From Trichoplax adhaerens (lineage: Eukaryota; Animalia; Placozoa): a stretch of DNA of 64,000 nucleotides. The position numbers were made by a program, and so were the translations under genes. The stretch is from the NCBI RefSeq assembly GCF_000150275.1, contig NW_002060958.1, positions 162,966-226,965 on the forward strand. Reading direction: 5' to 3'. Shown here one piece after another: positions 1 through 15,008 of the stretch. The notes under the pieces are model-generated. The model ran no database searches. It was given only the letters and a program-made list of their open reading frames with translations, and had not been told where the DNA came from. Positions within the stretch are counted from its first letter, which is position 1. Every line of letters starts with the position of its first letter.

Positions 1-187
1 AAGCTTGATTTCTCATAGTTGGATTAAATGATTAGCGAAATAGTTTATATTTTCGTTTAGTAATAACGTAATGTTAGTTTCTACTAATCGCTATTCATTA
101 TCCTTGATAGAGGGAAATTATTGGCCTTGTGGTGAATGCAATAATTCATAAACTTACCCGATTTTATTTAAATCTATTAAAATTTAG

Positions 188-2755
188 TACGATAGATCTA
201 TATTTGGCCAAGGTTGTAGACCAAGATCTGCGAAGAAAGAGTCTATAGAACACTATCCCGACATTAAAGCCAATTATGAAGCGGTTTCTGTAGCTCATAT
301 GTACTTTGGTATGGATATATTTTCACCTATATAATTACACAGTAAAGTTTTTTAATCTGATAAACTCTTGTGTCTCGTGTTTTAAATTTGCTATCAAGTC
401 AACTTCATCCGTAAATATATTTATTAGTTTAATCAATCATAATTAACCAAAATATTAGCAATCATTAACATCCAAATATTTACTTCCCTGAACAATTGCT
501 ATTTTAGCCGGAGCATTAACTCATTCCTTAGATTATCGACATTCTGGCGGATGTTGCATTCAAGGTTTCCGATATTCAGGTACTAAAAAACTATATTTCA
601 TCTCTCAGCTAAATGATATAATTGATCTCAAGGCATGACAGTATCCCAGCATGCTAAGTCATTGCAAAAATTGCAGTAGCCCAGAGTTACTCTACATGCC
701 CATGCTTTATTTAATAAAGGCAGTACATTGATACATATTTAAATTTAAACTTTTACACTTATTTACATAGTTGTTAGTGCATGGCAATCATACTTCTAAT
801 ATAAAATGACTTATCGTTATTTTAATTTTCAAATTGTTAGTTCGTGCATTACATCGCTTATTAGAATGGCGATATCATCAAGTTCCTTGGCCTGCTAAAT
901 TATTATCAAGCGAACAATTATTATATTATCTTAGCATGCGAATAAATCAAGCTTCTGTAAGAAAGATTGTGTTTGCTTATTTCTGCCAAAGAATAATAAT
1001 TATCGTTTACTAATTCTAAAACACTTATGAAAGTTCAATATATAAAGTTTATATAAAAACAATAATAACTTTACAAATAATATTTGAAACGTTTAAGTAT
1101 GTAGGATTATTTTCAATATCTTGTATGATTTAATTTAGGGAACTTATCAAATGTTTGGAATGCTAGCTGATGTTGTATTGATTGGTATAGTTTTTCATGA
1201 CAATTTTTTGCAATTTTAATAGCAAATAGAATGATTATTTTGTATAGTACTATAAATCTTGTAATCGAGACTGTTAATGTATTAAAATTAATACAGGTGA
1301 TAACCATCAACATTTGTATCTTGAAGAGGTTCCTACACGAGTTATCCCTAATCTTGAAAGTAAGGATATCTGTTATTCCAGTAAAAATATTTTAATATTA
1401 ATGGTGGTAGTACCGATAGCTGAAATGCCTTTTTTCCACCCATATACTTTAAAAGTAAATTGTTATCTCCGAGTCATTCAATGCTATAATTTATTTATAA
1501 GAAACTTCATTATGTTGCCATTGTGTGGTAGCTTACCCTATTTACCGAGCTATACCGCAAGCAGCCTATATTGCTTACTTTATTATCATGTATTTAAATA
1601 GATTTAGCTGGACGAAAAGTTACTTATGGGTTTCTAGCCTTAACATTTGAATATGGCAAGAATTTCTCACAACCAAAGTAAGTTGAGTATCTACAGAAAC
1701 AACAAATGCTAGATGAAATATTTGAATCATAAATTAATTGATTAGTAATGTAGTGTATTAAATTTAGAACCCATAAGTAGTCTTCGCCAATCCTTGTACA
1801 CAGTCCTTTTCTATTTATCTAATAATAATATTATGTAATAATGATTTATTGATATGCAATATTTTTCACAGTAAAGATACTTTAGATCGGGAAAATTACA
1901 GTTTCACGGCAAGAAATGCTTATCGTAGTCGCAATATCCATCCTATACTACGTTATTACAAACATCACATTCGAGGTAAATCAAAAGTATTTTTCATTTT
2001 AGGTGCCCAAGTATTAATCTTACAGATCTAGTCTATTGCACACTTTGTAAAAGTCTAATAAACCGCTGCAATTTATTTCCTCTCTTCAAATATTGTAAGC
2101 CACTGAAGAAAATGGATTATTACCTGATGCAGATAAAATACATCACATTCTTGAAGACTTTTTGACAGACTGGTGAGCTTCACTTGCAACCATATGTAAC
2201 ATTTTAAAATTAATTCTTGCGTAACGTGTTATGCGCATTTGCATTCTAAATTCATAACATTAATTTCACATTACCTTAGGAGTTCTCAGCTTCACCATCG
2301 ATTCTATCTTAGATTGTTTATGGAGAATTTACTTAAAACACACTTACGATACTTTGATGCTAGCTTTTGCTGGAAGGTAATGCTAGAAATACCGAACTGC
2401 TATTGATTAATCTATGCATGATTAAATTCGGACCGATTCATTATTAGTCTAAAAATGGTAAAAATTTGCTGTTATATCTGAAGCCATATTAAAATCAACT
2501 AGTGTGGTCTTTACAGTCAGTTAATTTTTCTGTTTAAAATGCAATTAATTATAAATGAATCCGGCCTTAGATATTAATTAAATCTTGATCAAATTCTGTT
2601 CTCTACTCCATCAGATCGAGTCTCAATTTCTTAGCCAATAATTATCGTGAAAGATAAACGAATTGTAACATATATTCTGATTTCTTTACGTTCACTAGAT
2701 CGCCATGATATACAAAACGCTACCTCCAAGCTGTTCTAGAGCCATCGCGCAATGA
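188..2755 (+). CDS. FOXRED2: FAD-dependent oxidoreductase domain-containing protein 2-like, copy 1 (3' part only; 5' exons lie upstream of the window)
   Basis: GT-AG exons at ~188-308 (YDRSIFG..YPDIKANYEAVSVAHMYF), 508-579 (GALTHSLDYRHSGGCCIQGFRY), 841-956 (RALHRLLEWRYHQVPWP..RINQAS), 1139-1184 (GTYQMFGMLADVVLI), ~1298-1359 (YLEEVP), 1602-1677 (FEYGKNFS), 1872-1975 (NIHPILRYY), ~2100-2171 (HHILEDFLTDW), ~2280-2377 and ~2699-2755 (stop TGA). The motifs match the FOXRED2 C-terminal half, and the exons correspond one-to-one with copy 2. Confidence 0.88.
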
Positions 2756-4578
2756 CTGAAGTATATCCACTAAAGACAGTTAATACTAAACCTTTTTGCT
2801 TTATAGATGGTTATTTAAAATTTCATCTTCTAGAAATACTATTATAAGAATCACCGTTGAAATCAATATTTCAAGATTAATAATCTTGAAGAAATGGAAT
2901 ATACCATTCTTGATCCAACTCTTAAAATGGTGCTTTGATATCATAACATCCTCCATCTGTAGACAATGAACAAGAGGGCAAAATATCATTAATAGTTTCT
3001 CAAACTGCTTGCTTGCATACCTTTCAAAATGCCTAGTTTACTTCACTGCAAGCAAGTGTTATAATACGGAATCACCAAATGTATGTGCAATATGAATAAT
3101 ACGAGCTCGTATGAGCTACTGCACTATCGGACGAGTGCACATTTACAAATCTACACTTTAATATTTCGATATTGGCCAAAAATGATTTTAAATAGCATGC
3201 CCAACAAATATCTTCTAAACACTCAATTTCTGTGATATCAATTACATTTACTAAACATTTTACTAATGGCATAATGCCATTCTCAGTTGTATTATATCTA
3301 TTAACTGGCTTCTACTATCCCTAATGCAATGCTTAGTTTTAAAATTGAACTTTAGCGCAGATTCATACGCTACTAATCTATAATAATCCATGTATCCGAT
3401 AAATTTACATACCCATTTTATACACTGTATGATGTAGGCATCCAATGCACCTATATCTATTATGATAAATATATTTATTAAAGTCATCAATCAATGAAGA
3501 ATCGGCTGCTTTTATTCCATTCGCTTTCACTTATGATGAGAGCTGTAAAAATTAGTAAGGACTGCTATGGAATCGATGAAATCTTCCAAAGCAAAAAGGC
3601 AAAAGTACTGTAGAAACCTCATAGAGCTGAACGAAAACATATTCAAATTTAAGATTTTGTAACATAGTATTGGACTATAAAATATTATTTTTGTTTAACA
3701 ATGTGGACCGTAGTAATAGAACTTTCTCAAGTTATCATGAGGCATATTTAGAAAGTCATAACTATTGTTTGTTATTGAAGATTCGATATGTCAGAGTACA
3801 GATGATCATATACAGTAAGGCGTTGAGTTACTGTTGATGAAGGGGGTAAAAATAGATACTTAGCCCATACAATGGGATAAAATTAGTTCATCGTGCTTTG
3901 GCTAGTAGAAATAATGTCTATTTACGGTACATACTGTAGCTCTTAGCATATTGAAGTTTAGTTGTTACTAACAATGATCTGAATAATCATAAAGTAAAGA
4001 GAATGTGCCTATACAGGTTGTAGCTGCAAGTAAGAGCAATGGTACCGTATTCAGTCAGGCAGCTTTCGATTATTTAGTAGTTCATTCTAAAATACCTTGA
4101 ATCAATTTGCCTCTACAAAATCCAATATCATGCGTAACTGCTAACCAGTAGGACAGCTGCTCGCTCTAGTTTCCTAAGAAAACCAATTCAATAAACAGCT
4201 CACTAAGCAATTTGGTTAAAAAGGACAACAGCTTATTCTATAACTTACTGCAAGAATCATTTTCATGAATATCTCATTAAACGGTTTATTTTTTATTTCG
4301 TTGTGGTCCTAATCAACCAAGATTTATTCCGCATTTGTTTTCAAACATAGCCAACAAGTTCAACACAAAACAATAATAGAATCATTTTATTGTACTATTA
4401 GTAGCAGAAGTCATTCATTTATTTCTCGTTTATCGCCGATCAAAAGATTCTTTATCTCTATGGCTATTGTCCAAACTAAATAGATTATGAATAATTCAAT
4501 AAGTTTTCAATAGATAAGAGCCATCGCAATCAATTGGCATCGTACTTCGACGCGACAAACTTGTGAATTAAGATTCTG

Positions 4579-4586
4579 TATATAAA
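4579..4586 (+). promoter_or_regulatory. Putative TATA box of FOXRED2-like copy 2
   Basis: TATATAAA about 70 nt upstream of the ATG at 4652. The AT-rich background lowers its specificity. Confidence 0.35.
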
Positions 4587-4651
4587 TCAGTCGTTTAGAA
4601 AAAGAATCAATTCGTTAAATTCTAGCTAATTATTCGTTCAGCTATTCCATC

Positions 4652-7600
4652 ATGGCAGCAACTTATCTCTATCTTATAGTCACTATTGGTTGTCTGCTAT
4701 CAGCTCAAGCTAAAATAATCCATCATCAGTACTGTATTATCGGTAGTGGACCTGGAGGTAAGTCAAGAAAACATTTTGAAGCTGTACATAAATTCTTTCG
4801 GTGGTTGCTTGTCATCGGCCCAATTAAATTAAGTCATAGTGCTTCTATTACTCTAAAGTAACCTAGGGCGTACTTTGTAAATTCTAAATTGATAATTTTC
4901 TCCCAATTTCGAAGATAACCTTTACCATTTATAATTAGGGCTACAGATGGCTTACTTCTTTAAACGTGCTAACAGAGACTATACCGTCTTCGAAAGGAGC
5001 AACATATCAGGTAAGTACCAAATATTATTGAGAGAAAGTTGTTTTGAACGGATTTTATTTTTATGCTATTGCTAGCTTGGCAATGGCAAGGTCTTTTCGA
5101 CTCAAGTTTGAAATAACGTAGTCGTTCATAGTTAATAATTGCCGAGAATAGAGTAAGAGCAATGATTGAAACACTGACTTTTTTAGATTACTAACTTAAG
5201 AGCCCAACATTGGCCAATCTTTTGGAATTGCAGAGTAGTCTGCATCTTATTCTTTCGCAATGAATGAATTATCCTTAATAACCAAACCCATATTTCGATC
5301 CTGGGCGATTGCGCTTGCAAGCTTTCGAACGTTTTAATCTTAAGCCGTGACTAAATTAGGTCAATTACTTTAGTGAGCAGTAAAACATTGTAAGAGTAAG
5401 TTGCTTTACAAGGACTTTATTCTCATACTATCGCTTGCTTGACAATAGGAAGATCTTTTCAACTCAATTTCAAAGTAGGATAGTTCTTCATAATATTAGT
5501 AGCTAAGAATAGAATGAGAGCAACGATTGAAACATCGACTTTCTTAGATTTTCAACACAAGAACCAAGATTCATCATCTTTTCGATTAACAGTACTGTCC
5601 ACATCTTATTTCTTCGCAATAAATTAATTATCCTGAATAGTAAGTCCTACATTTCAATCCAGACATTTGCGCTTGCAAACTTTCCAACATTTTAATTCTA
5701 AGCCATATATTAATTTGGTCCATTACTTTAACATTAAGTAAATTTGCTTCTACAAGTCGTGTATTCATCTCTGGACTAAAACTTTAAATCTAGTAAGTGA
5801 CAAGAACTGTCTTTATCAATTTACAGGCTGCCATAATTCAATCGTACTTTGCTTAATAGACAAACTCATTGAGCCTATGATGCGATACAATGTTTTCAAA
5901 ACAGTAGATGCTACGTAAGATATCTTATCGAGCACGCTTTCTTCCCTTCGATAAGCTAATCCGACGAAATCTATTCTTTATTTCGTTCAGTAAGCTTACA
6001 AAATAGAGACGACATCTGTCTTATTACGATGTATTAAGATCGAAAATGAATTTAAAAAATAGCTCATGCTTTTTCATTACACAAACATTAGTATTTCATT
6101 TGTTTTAATTAAGTTTGAATAAGACTACGATGCTCTACGTTTGATCAGGTCAATAAATGTCTTCCTTACTGCTAGTTGAAGCTTAATACAATCAAAGTAA
6201 TGCAGTAATATATAAGGAATAACGATAGCATGGTCGAACTGAGCCAACTATTTTGATATTTTGCAAGATTACCAGGCTCAAATAATTTGGAACTAATAAG
6301 TATACAGTATAAAGTATTTGCTAATTTTTATTAATCTTATTCTCTAGGTTCCTTTTTTCGCCAATATCCAAGACATCGCCGCTTGCTATCAATCAATAAA
6401 AATAATACAGGTTAGTTTTAGTAGTTTTCATTGATGTCAGCATGGGTTAAACTCGAAATAATTTTTATTCTAGCAATCATTTTTATATCTTGTTATGCTG
6501 ATTACGTGCTACAGGATCCAAAAATTCTGAATTTAATCTCAGACATGATTGGAATTCATTACTTAGCGATAATAACTCGCTAATCATGCCTAACTATTCT
6601 GATGAATATTATCCACATGCTGATGAAATGGTGAGGAGGCTATCCTTTGAAGTGTTATACGTAGATCTAGAATAGCCCTAAGTAGATTCTTATCGTTTGC
6701 TTGTAATAAAAATAATTACGACGGAGCTTAAGAAATGGAAGCAGCTAGAATTTATTTCGTTTCACCTATGACAAAATAATATATCCCGAGTAAATTCTTC
6801 CTCTAGTCCGTAAATATTAAATTATATAGTCAGTCAGAATCATTCATTTGTCTATCTTAAAGTTAATGAATACTAAACCAATTTTAGAAATAACCAGATT
6901 TTTACTTCTCATGTACAGCAAATAGTGCATTAACTATTTTTCCTGCAATATTTCAATTGTAACAGTGTTTCAGTCTAACTAATCCTTTCTAATGTCCCCT
7001 TGTCCTAGATCCGCTACCTAAACGATTATGCTAACGTACTGCAACTCAACATCCAATACAACACAGAAATTATCCAAATAAGTCGAGCTTACTATAAAAA
7101 TTCTCTCCGATTTAAATTTATAACATCCAAACAATCCATTTATATGTGTGATGTTGCAATAATCAGGTAATGGTTTATTAATTTCTTATGCGTTTACATC
7201 GTTGCCAAATTTGAAACAGTACAATTTGCTAGTTGCTGATCTGTGATGCTAGAACAGAAGTAATATTGTATGTTTTCTAATACATTTTTTCATTGATCAA
7301 TTATAATTATTGACCTAGCACTGGATTGGCTACACCAAATATTCCTTCTAGCATTACTGGTTTACATCATGCGATGGTGCGGTTAATGTTCGAGATTATA
7401 AATTGCTATCTAAACGGAATACTGTTAATTAATGCTTATGTCGGGAATTTACTCAATTAAAATATATATATATACAGTTTATCTAAAATTTCTGATATTT
7501 CTACGATTCAAAAAATTCTAATGGCGTAGTGAACAAATTGTCTTTCAACATATTTTATTCTTTAAAAAGAAGGCTAAGATATGAGTATTCTCATAGTATA

Positions 7601-10600
7601 AAATTTTGGTAAACTAAGAAATTCTTAGGGTATTTTTGCTGGCTAATTTTTACCTACGTATATTATTCGGGTACTTGACGGCTGCCATAAATTTTAAATT
7701 GTTATTTCTATTTCATGCTACTATATTTAACAGGGCTATGAGACCATGTCTACCAATACTTCCGAATATGTAGGCCAAAATATTCTTATATTAGGTCAAG
7801 GTAAATCAGATTTTTGTTCTGCTAATGTATCGCATCTCTGCTTTCAGCCTTAGGTAAAAATATAGCCAGTTTACTTAAAAAATTATATTCAATTATTCCG
7901 AATTCAATTGCAGATTTTATTTAGATGTTTCTAATAATAAATATATTACAATGACGATCATGAGTACAGGAGCTAATGTATTAGTTACTCATCCATTACT
8001 AACTTATGCATAAAAAAACCTAGAAAATGTTCATTTATTTTACTATCTTCATTTCTTAGAGAATAGATTTCATGCTCTTTTATATTAGCAGTTCGAATCG
8101 CTTATTACTTGATTTAATAAGAAAATAAATTGATCCTTTCATATTGCAGAATGCTGCACAACTTCACAATTTCCTACCAGTAATAGTTAATCCTAAAAGA
8201 TATTTAAAAGTTATCTCTTACCTGGTATATAATATAGGCAATTCAGCATTTGAAACCGCAGAATCTTTATCCAGCGTCTCTAATATATTACATCTTTACG
8301 GAAGGTATGAAGACCGGATTCAGGATATTACACTTAAAAAAGTATTAAATGCGTAAACCCTAAAACCAGGCCAATAATTTATTTTAGGAATCGAATTCGT
8401 TTGGCAACTTCTACTCACTATATAGGAGACATTAGGTAAGGTGTTCATTTTCTTAAAATGGATATTGTTGAATTTAAAACATTGGATAGGACCTTGACTA
8501 TTGATCGAATCAGGATCATTTACAAAGCATAGTAGTTCTTTTACTATTTGTAATGTCTGCTGGATTAAATCAGCAATTGATACAATAATGCTCGGCATAA
8601 GCTAATCACTCCAACTTTGGTCTAAAAAAGAAAGTACTCGTGTCTTATATCGTAAAGAAAATGATTCAATTACAGATTATTGTCGTACCTCATACATTTT
8701 TGCAATACAGCAGGTAACATTTATTTAACGATCATTAATTAGAGCAAAAAATACCAAAGTTATTGATTCTTACCAGCTGAAAACCCTAGATGGTCTTCTA
8801 GGTAACATTATTACTTTGTTATAAATGTATAGAAAATCTGTAGTTGAGAACTATGATATTAATCAAATATTTTTAAAAGATCTGAAACAATAACTGCAAA
8901 CAGTATATACATACCACCTTATTATTTTTCGTAATTTATTAAATTATGATACCTATTAAGTAATTAAACTCTTAATAATGCCAAGGATTTCTAGAAATAA
9001 TATTTATTGCTATTTCTGATGATAATTATGACCATGAATTAGAGGGAGATATGAAGAATGTTGGATTTTTCAAGAATAAACGAAATTTAATTGTACTGGG
9101 ATTAAGAGCAGAACCACATCTTCCATTTCTATGTTAGATAACCACTACTTTATAAATTAATTACCGAAAAATATTTTGTTACTTAATTCAATGTATAAAT
9201 TTGCGGTTTAAATGTGAGAAGAATTTTAATGTTGGTAATAATATATCAACCAATTACCATCTCAATAAGTTAACCAATTTTATTTTCAGATGATCTAACA
9301 GGTGGTAGTAAAGAGTATCATCGAATCATTCGTTGTTTAGGATTTCGAGTAAGGGCAGTTGCATAACATATCGGTTGTATACTCAGTTTCAGCCTTACTA
9401 TAGAATCGCTTACGTTTAAAATCTACTCTGTGCGGCTATATTATTTAATCTATGCAACTTACAATAAATGCCCATCTATTTCTATTCAGTATGATAGGTC
9501 AATATTCAGTAGGACCGCTAATCCGAAATCAGGAGAAAAACATCTAGAAAGATACCCATCACTCTTACCCAACTATGAATCCATATCCGTGCCAAACATG
9601 TTCTTTGGTAAATAAATTTTCAACCTAAAGATGATATTAATTTGTCAACCATTACTATGTCCTTAAGATTTTATATAATTTCTGTATGTCAAGTATATCA
9701 TTTGCTTTGCTGTATAAGTAAGTATTCTACACGATAATTCTATGTAGTTAACCTATTAATAAGATGGATTAATAAAAGTTACTAAAGATTAGATTAAATA
9801 GCAACTAATTCGGATTTAATAATTATCAATTTATTTTACAGCTGGTGCTTTAACACATTCTTTGGATTATCGACATTCTGGCGGATGCTGCATCCAAGGA
9901 TTTCGATATACAGGTATACTGCAAGAATTTACTTATCGTAACAGATAATTATAAGCACGTATCCAATATTTTCATACGAGTATTGTGATACCTTCATATT
10001 TGCAACAATCTCTGCAACAATATTAAGTATACTAAGCCTTGGAAAATCCATAATAGATGTCAATCTTCCTGAGTTTTTAAACTATTTCTTCACTGGTTAT
10101 TCTATTTAAGGCTAGATAAGGTTTTATTTTACCTGGCTTAATTTATGGTAGCTATGAAGTTTTGCACGGTTAGCTTTGTGGTTTTTCTAAATTTTAAAAT
10201 TTTTCCACTACTAGCTCGAGCTTTGCATCGATTGTTAGAATGGCGTTATCATCAAATTCCTTGGCCATCTACAGATTTTTGGTCAAACCAGATCACAGAT
10301 TATTTAATAACGCGAATAAATCAAGCTTCGGTAAGCTTGCCAGACTGCTTGATTTTGGCATAGAGGATCTAATTTCTTTGCCTTACGATCTTACTGTTTC
10401 CTTGATTTGATGATTTAAGATGGTATAGAAGTTATTCTTGTAACATCTATTAAAAGGCACTCATTTCCTATATGAAACTTTTATACCATAGGGATTATAT
10501 CAAATGTTTGCAACATTAGCCGATGTAATTTTAATAAGTATGCTAAATAATTAAATTGAAATGGGACCTGATTATTTGTAATCATTTTAGTTAACGAGAA

Positions 10601-12532
10601 TTACTGCTTCTATTCTAGAAAAAAATGGGCAGCATCATTATCTAGAAGACGTACCGGTTAGAATTTTGCCAAACTTACGTGGTAAATTTATCTGTAGTCA
10701 TCAACCGATTTGGACACTGTAGAGGACAAAATGTGACTACACTGATATATAGTAGAGTTGTAGAATATCTGCTACCGCCAATCTATTTTTAATTCTACTT
10801 TAGAATATACCGGTAGGAAAATTATTGATGGATTTATCACTCTAACCTTCGAATATGGCAAAGGCTTCTCGAAACCAGGGTAAATACTCTAGAATTATTA
10901 GCTTTCTACCAATAATATTTTCGTGGAATAGAATTATAAATTCATGAAATCAGATTTACCACAAAATTTGATACTATCTAACTTTAATAGACAATTTTAT
11001 TAATATTGCTCATCGTTTACCTATTCAAAGCCATTTAAGCAAATAAATGTTCTACTTTACTAACTTTGGAAAACCTTTCGTAAATGTCTTGTGTATTCTA
11101 GAAAGGATACCTTAGCTAAAGATAATTATAGCCATTCGGCAAAAATGGCCCATAAAAGCCGAAATATTCATCCAGTTATTCGATATTATAAGCAGTCAAT
11201 CGAGGGTTCGTTAAGTGCCATCTACTATTATGACATAATCTTGCATTAAAATCATTGTTTTTATTCAGAGATCAAAGCCCTAGTCTATATCTACATTACT
11301 TTATTAATTACTTCGATTATATCTTTACTATTTTAGCGACTACACGTAAGGGAAGGCTACCTAAAGCGAATAAAATACATCATGTTGTAGAAGATTTTCT
11401 AACAGACTGGTAGGTATTTAAATTAATAATGAATCTTGCCATTCTTCAGCTGCCTTCTGTTAGACCAAAGATTGTGCTATAACACTAATCAAATGTAGGA
11501 GTGTTTATTCTGAGCATGGCCATTACCTGAAATTATTTATCGAGAATCTTTTCAGAAAAGATCTCAACCAATACTACACTAGTTCATGTTACAAGGTAAA
11601 TTTACTCTGTTTAAACTGTTAATTAATAATTTTATCGAGAGATTATTATTTTAAGATTAATCAAGAAATTCAATAAATACTGATTGTAAAAGTATACGCT
11701 AATTCTAAAATACCAAAGTTTTTTAGTCAGTTACAATATAGTTGAATTATAGAAACCACATGACCCAAATTTAACATTAATCATCTTAGTTGCACTTTTT
11801 AAAAGTTTACCCCATCTTAGTGCCAAAGCTAAACTATTTAAATTCCGATATCCTTAATTTTATGAACCATTAATAGCATTTAGCTATTCAGAAATAATTT
11901 TTCTACTAGTAATCTGATCAGTAAAGCCAAAAGATGTATTTCACTTCTAAATCTAAAATTAATCATCAAGACCAGTCTTACTATTCTGGTATGAGGAAAA
12001 GATTTAATCGTCTTCCAATAATCTGATGAGCAAAACCATTGCTAATTTAGTGCAGATACTAAGGTCATTTAATTTTTTGTAGTCTTTTTTCCGATAAAAT
12101 CTGGTTGCAAATGTCCACAATTTATTACCCTGTTATACGAAATTCTTGCTGCAGTAGTTATTAAATTGCTCAATTTCCTGAAATTGTTCCCAATACTTTA
12201 AAAAATTTAACGAGTCCCGGTAAAGCATCATTGATACTGCCAATATTAAGTACAATAATTCGACAACGACTAATAAGAAATTGCAAAAAATGATGTCGAT
12301 TTGACTACCGTAATCTTAGAAAATTGACTAAATTAATATCATTTCTTTTCCTCTTTTCCATTTGTTATTGTATTATTATTTATGTAACAGCACACAGTAA
12401 ATTGTAATTATGTTAAGAAAAATTTTGTTTTTATCACCCATTTTATAGCTTTCAATGACCTTTAAATCCTTACCGGAAAGCTGCAAGAGGCAATGCATAC
12501 AAAATTTAAAGTCTTCTACTATGAAATTATAA
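4652..12532 (+). CDS. FOXRED2: FAD-dependent oxidoreductase domain-containing protein 2-like, copy 2 (complete, ~22 exons, N-terminal signal peptide)
   Basis: Exon 1 (4652-4757) has a hydrophobic signal peptide plus YCIIGSGPGG (FAD GxGxxG). Further exons: 4939-5010 (LQMAYFF..DYTVFERSN), 6348-6410 (FFRQYPRHRRLLSINK), ~6515-6630 (EFNLRHDWNSLLS), 7009-7166, ~7319-7376, ~7734-7800 and 8238-8304 (ILILGQGNSAFETA), 8388-8435 (THYIGDIR), ~8743-8800 (DSYQLKTLDGLL), ~9043-9132, 9290-9348 (YHRIIRCLGF), 9490-9607, 9842-9913, 10214-10330, ~10492-10537, 10619-10682, 10804-10879, 11102-11204, ~11338-11409, 11499-11595, and a last exon ~12449-12532 (..SSTMKL*). Confidence 0.9.
5090..5745. repeat. Diverged direct duplication (~300 bp unit, ~360 bp period) in intron 2 of FOXRED2 copy 2
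   Basis: GAGAATAGAGTAAGAGCAATGATTGAAACA..GCGCTTGCAAGCTTTCGAACG (~5145-5330) aligns with AGAATAGAATGAGAGCAACGATTGAAACA..GCGCTTGCAAACTTTCCAACA (~5505-5690). Confidence 0.8.
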
Positions 12533-15008
12533 ATCTACGGAAAATTCTGTATTTCTCGATGTTTTGTATAATAATTTACTGTGAAGTTATTATTATAAGC
12601 TAAAATTTTAGTTTGATATTCTCTACTGATAAATTAAAACCTATGCCACCAGTTTGAAAATTTGCAATAAATTGCACTGCAATAAATAACGAAGATTGCA
12701 AATTTTCAATAAGACGGTATCACAATTTCTGCTATCTCTATATACTACAATATACATGCAATATACCGAAACTAATAAATAAATTAGGGAATCGAGAATA
12801 ATCTACTTAATATTCAAATCGCTGTACGTTTATCCTTGTCAAGAAATTGGTTTGTGATACGTTCATGCTTACAACGCAATATAGTTACCAGTTGTGTAGA
12901 CCAGCGAATTAATAAATATAGGTAGTTCGATCTATGATGAACACATAGAGTTTACAAGTGTAGAATAACATATTAGCAGAACATTATTACAATTAATCAC
13001 GATTATGACGTAACTAGTTACAATAGTAAGTTTGTATTACATTAAATTCAGGTAATATCGAATCACTGCAACATAAAATAGCAATATTAATTATATAGTA
13101 GCTACTTTATGCTATAACTGACTAACAGTATACATAGTAATACATCATGTTAACTTATAATCTGGATAAATACAGAGTAATATATAACAGATAACACTTC
13201 TTAAAATTTATTTATGCTTAGCCTTTTCATATATAATTTACGAATTCAAAGCGAAATTCGATTTGAATAATTTGTTATTGATATTGATAGCTGTCGTACA
13301 AGATAGCAGTTTGTTAGTTTCATGCATAATTCCTGGTCATCTATATCAGACTCATCAACTTTCTGAATAGTATAGTACCTATGACTCTAATAATCTTGTG
13401 ATACTAAAATTTTACGTTAGACTATTAATCAAGGTACTTTGGACGTAGAACGGCCGCTATTTACGGTCGTATTTCTCAATTTTACGCAGTTTTCGATCAG
13501 GCAATGTCCTTTTAATAAAAAATAGCATGATACTAACATCTTTTGAAACGAAAATTCTTAACATCAAACGCCGATTTATCCTCAAGCATGACTTAATTTT
13601 TAACCATAATACTCATACTTGCACTTAGGCCCATTTTTTAATCATTATCCTCGGCATCGAATCCTACTATCCGTTAATAAAAGAAGCACAGGTATAGCTT
13701 TTAACTAGGGCTGATTTATCTTCAGACTATAAAAGTAATTTTCATCATTAGATATAAATTTGGTAACATTAATGTCAAGTCCACTATGAAACTTTAAGTA
13801 ACTCATGATAGGCAATCAAAACAAAGAATTTAATTTAAGGCATGACTGGAATAGCTTGCTCAGACATAATGAGTCACTGGTCATGACTCGTTATTTTCGA
13901 CGATATTATCCCTTTACTGATGAGTTGAAAGTATTACTGAGTAACTTTTAATTTCGATTCCTCAATACAATATTGCCTTGATGTATCTCTAAGCTGCTAC
14001 GGAGAATATTTTAATCCAAGTATGTTAATATAAAGCTAAAGGCTATTAACCTTATCATTAACGAAACAAATCCTAGTCGAAAGGAATGAATCATACAAGT
14101 ATGCGTTAATATACTACATCTATTGCTATAAAATTTACTACAATAAAGAGGATAACATACAATACTACACATATCTCACGCGGTTCATTCTGCTTCAAAG
14201 ACTTTCGGTCTCTAGCGAAAATTCATCGTTAATTATAATTGATGCTTATGATAATATTGCATTATTACTTCTATATTACGTTTGACTTTCTCAAGGTTAA
14301 TATAATTTAAGATTTCAAGAGGTATCTCATCCCCAAGCTTATATATTTTGCTGGTAGAGATATAAAGGTAGACTATACCTTTACTTTATTCTACTTGTAT
14401 ACCTAACAATAATGTTTGGCATACTGAATCAAAGATGAAAACCTGCTCTATTGCAGTTTATAAAAATAAAGTTTGACGCAAGCTAGTGCTTGAACGTGAT
14501 AAGGCGTCTTCAACATCATAAGACAAGAGTTACTCTTTCTCTTCAACTTCACTTTATTACATCAATTAGGTTTGCATTCCAACACTACGGGCTATTTGGT
14601 TGCAATCAGATCATCTAACTAATGCTATCTTACTAAGCGCAACCCATTCCTATCTAAAAGCGCTAATATATTTGAGGCGGTTCAAAGCTACAATTTGCAT
14701 TGTAACTATCATCGAAGAATGGTAACTAGCACAATCTTACAGTCCAATATTCAACTTCATCTATTTTTGGATAATCTTCTCTTTTTATTCTTCAGCTAAT
14801 AGCGGCTACATTACATCTAGTTCTGATCGAATCGAGCATACTTCAGCTCACTACAAGAGACTACTGAACTAATAAAGAGGGAAGCGAAACTACTGTTTGC
14901 AATACGGAAAATTCTTTCGGTAGGAAACTGTGTAAGAAATCACTGGAAAAAGAGTCCTTTAAACAGTAGCTTCACGTCCGTTTATTTCACTAGTGCAAGT
15001 ATTAAATT

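Noticed and set aside
2801-3490. Short minus-strand ORFs between the FOXRED2 copies
   Set aside because: No recognisable domain, splice pattern or paralog support.
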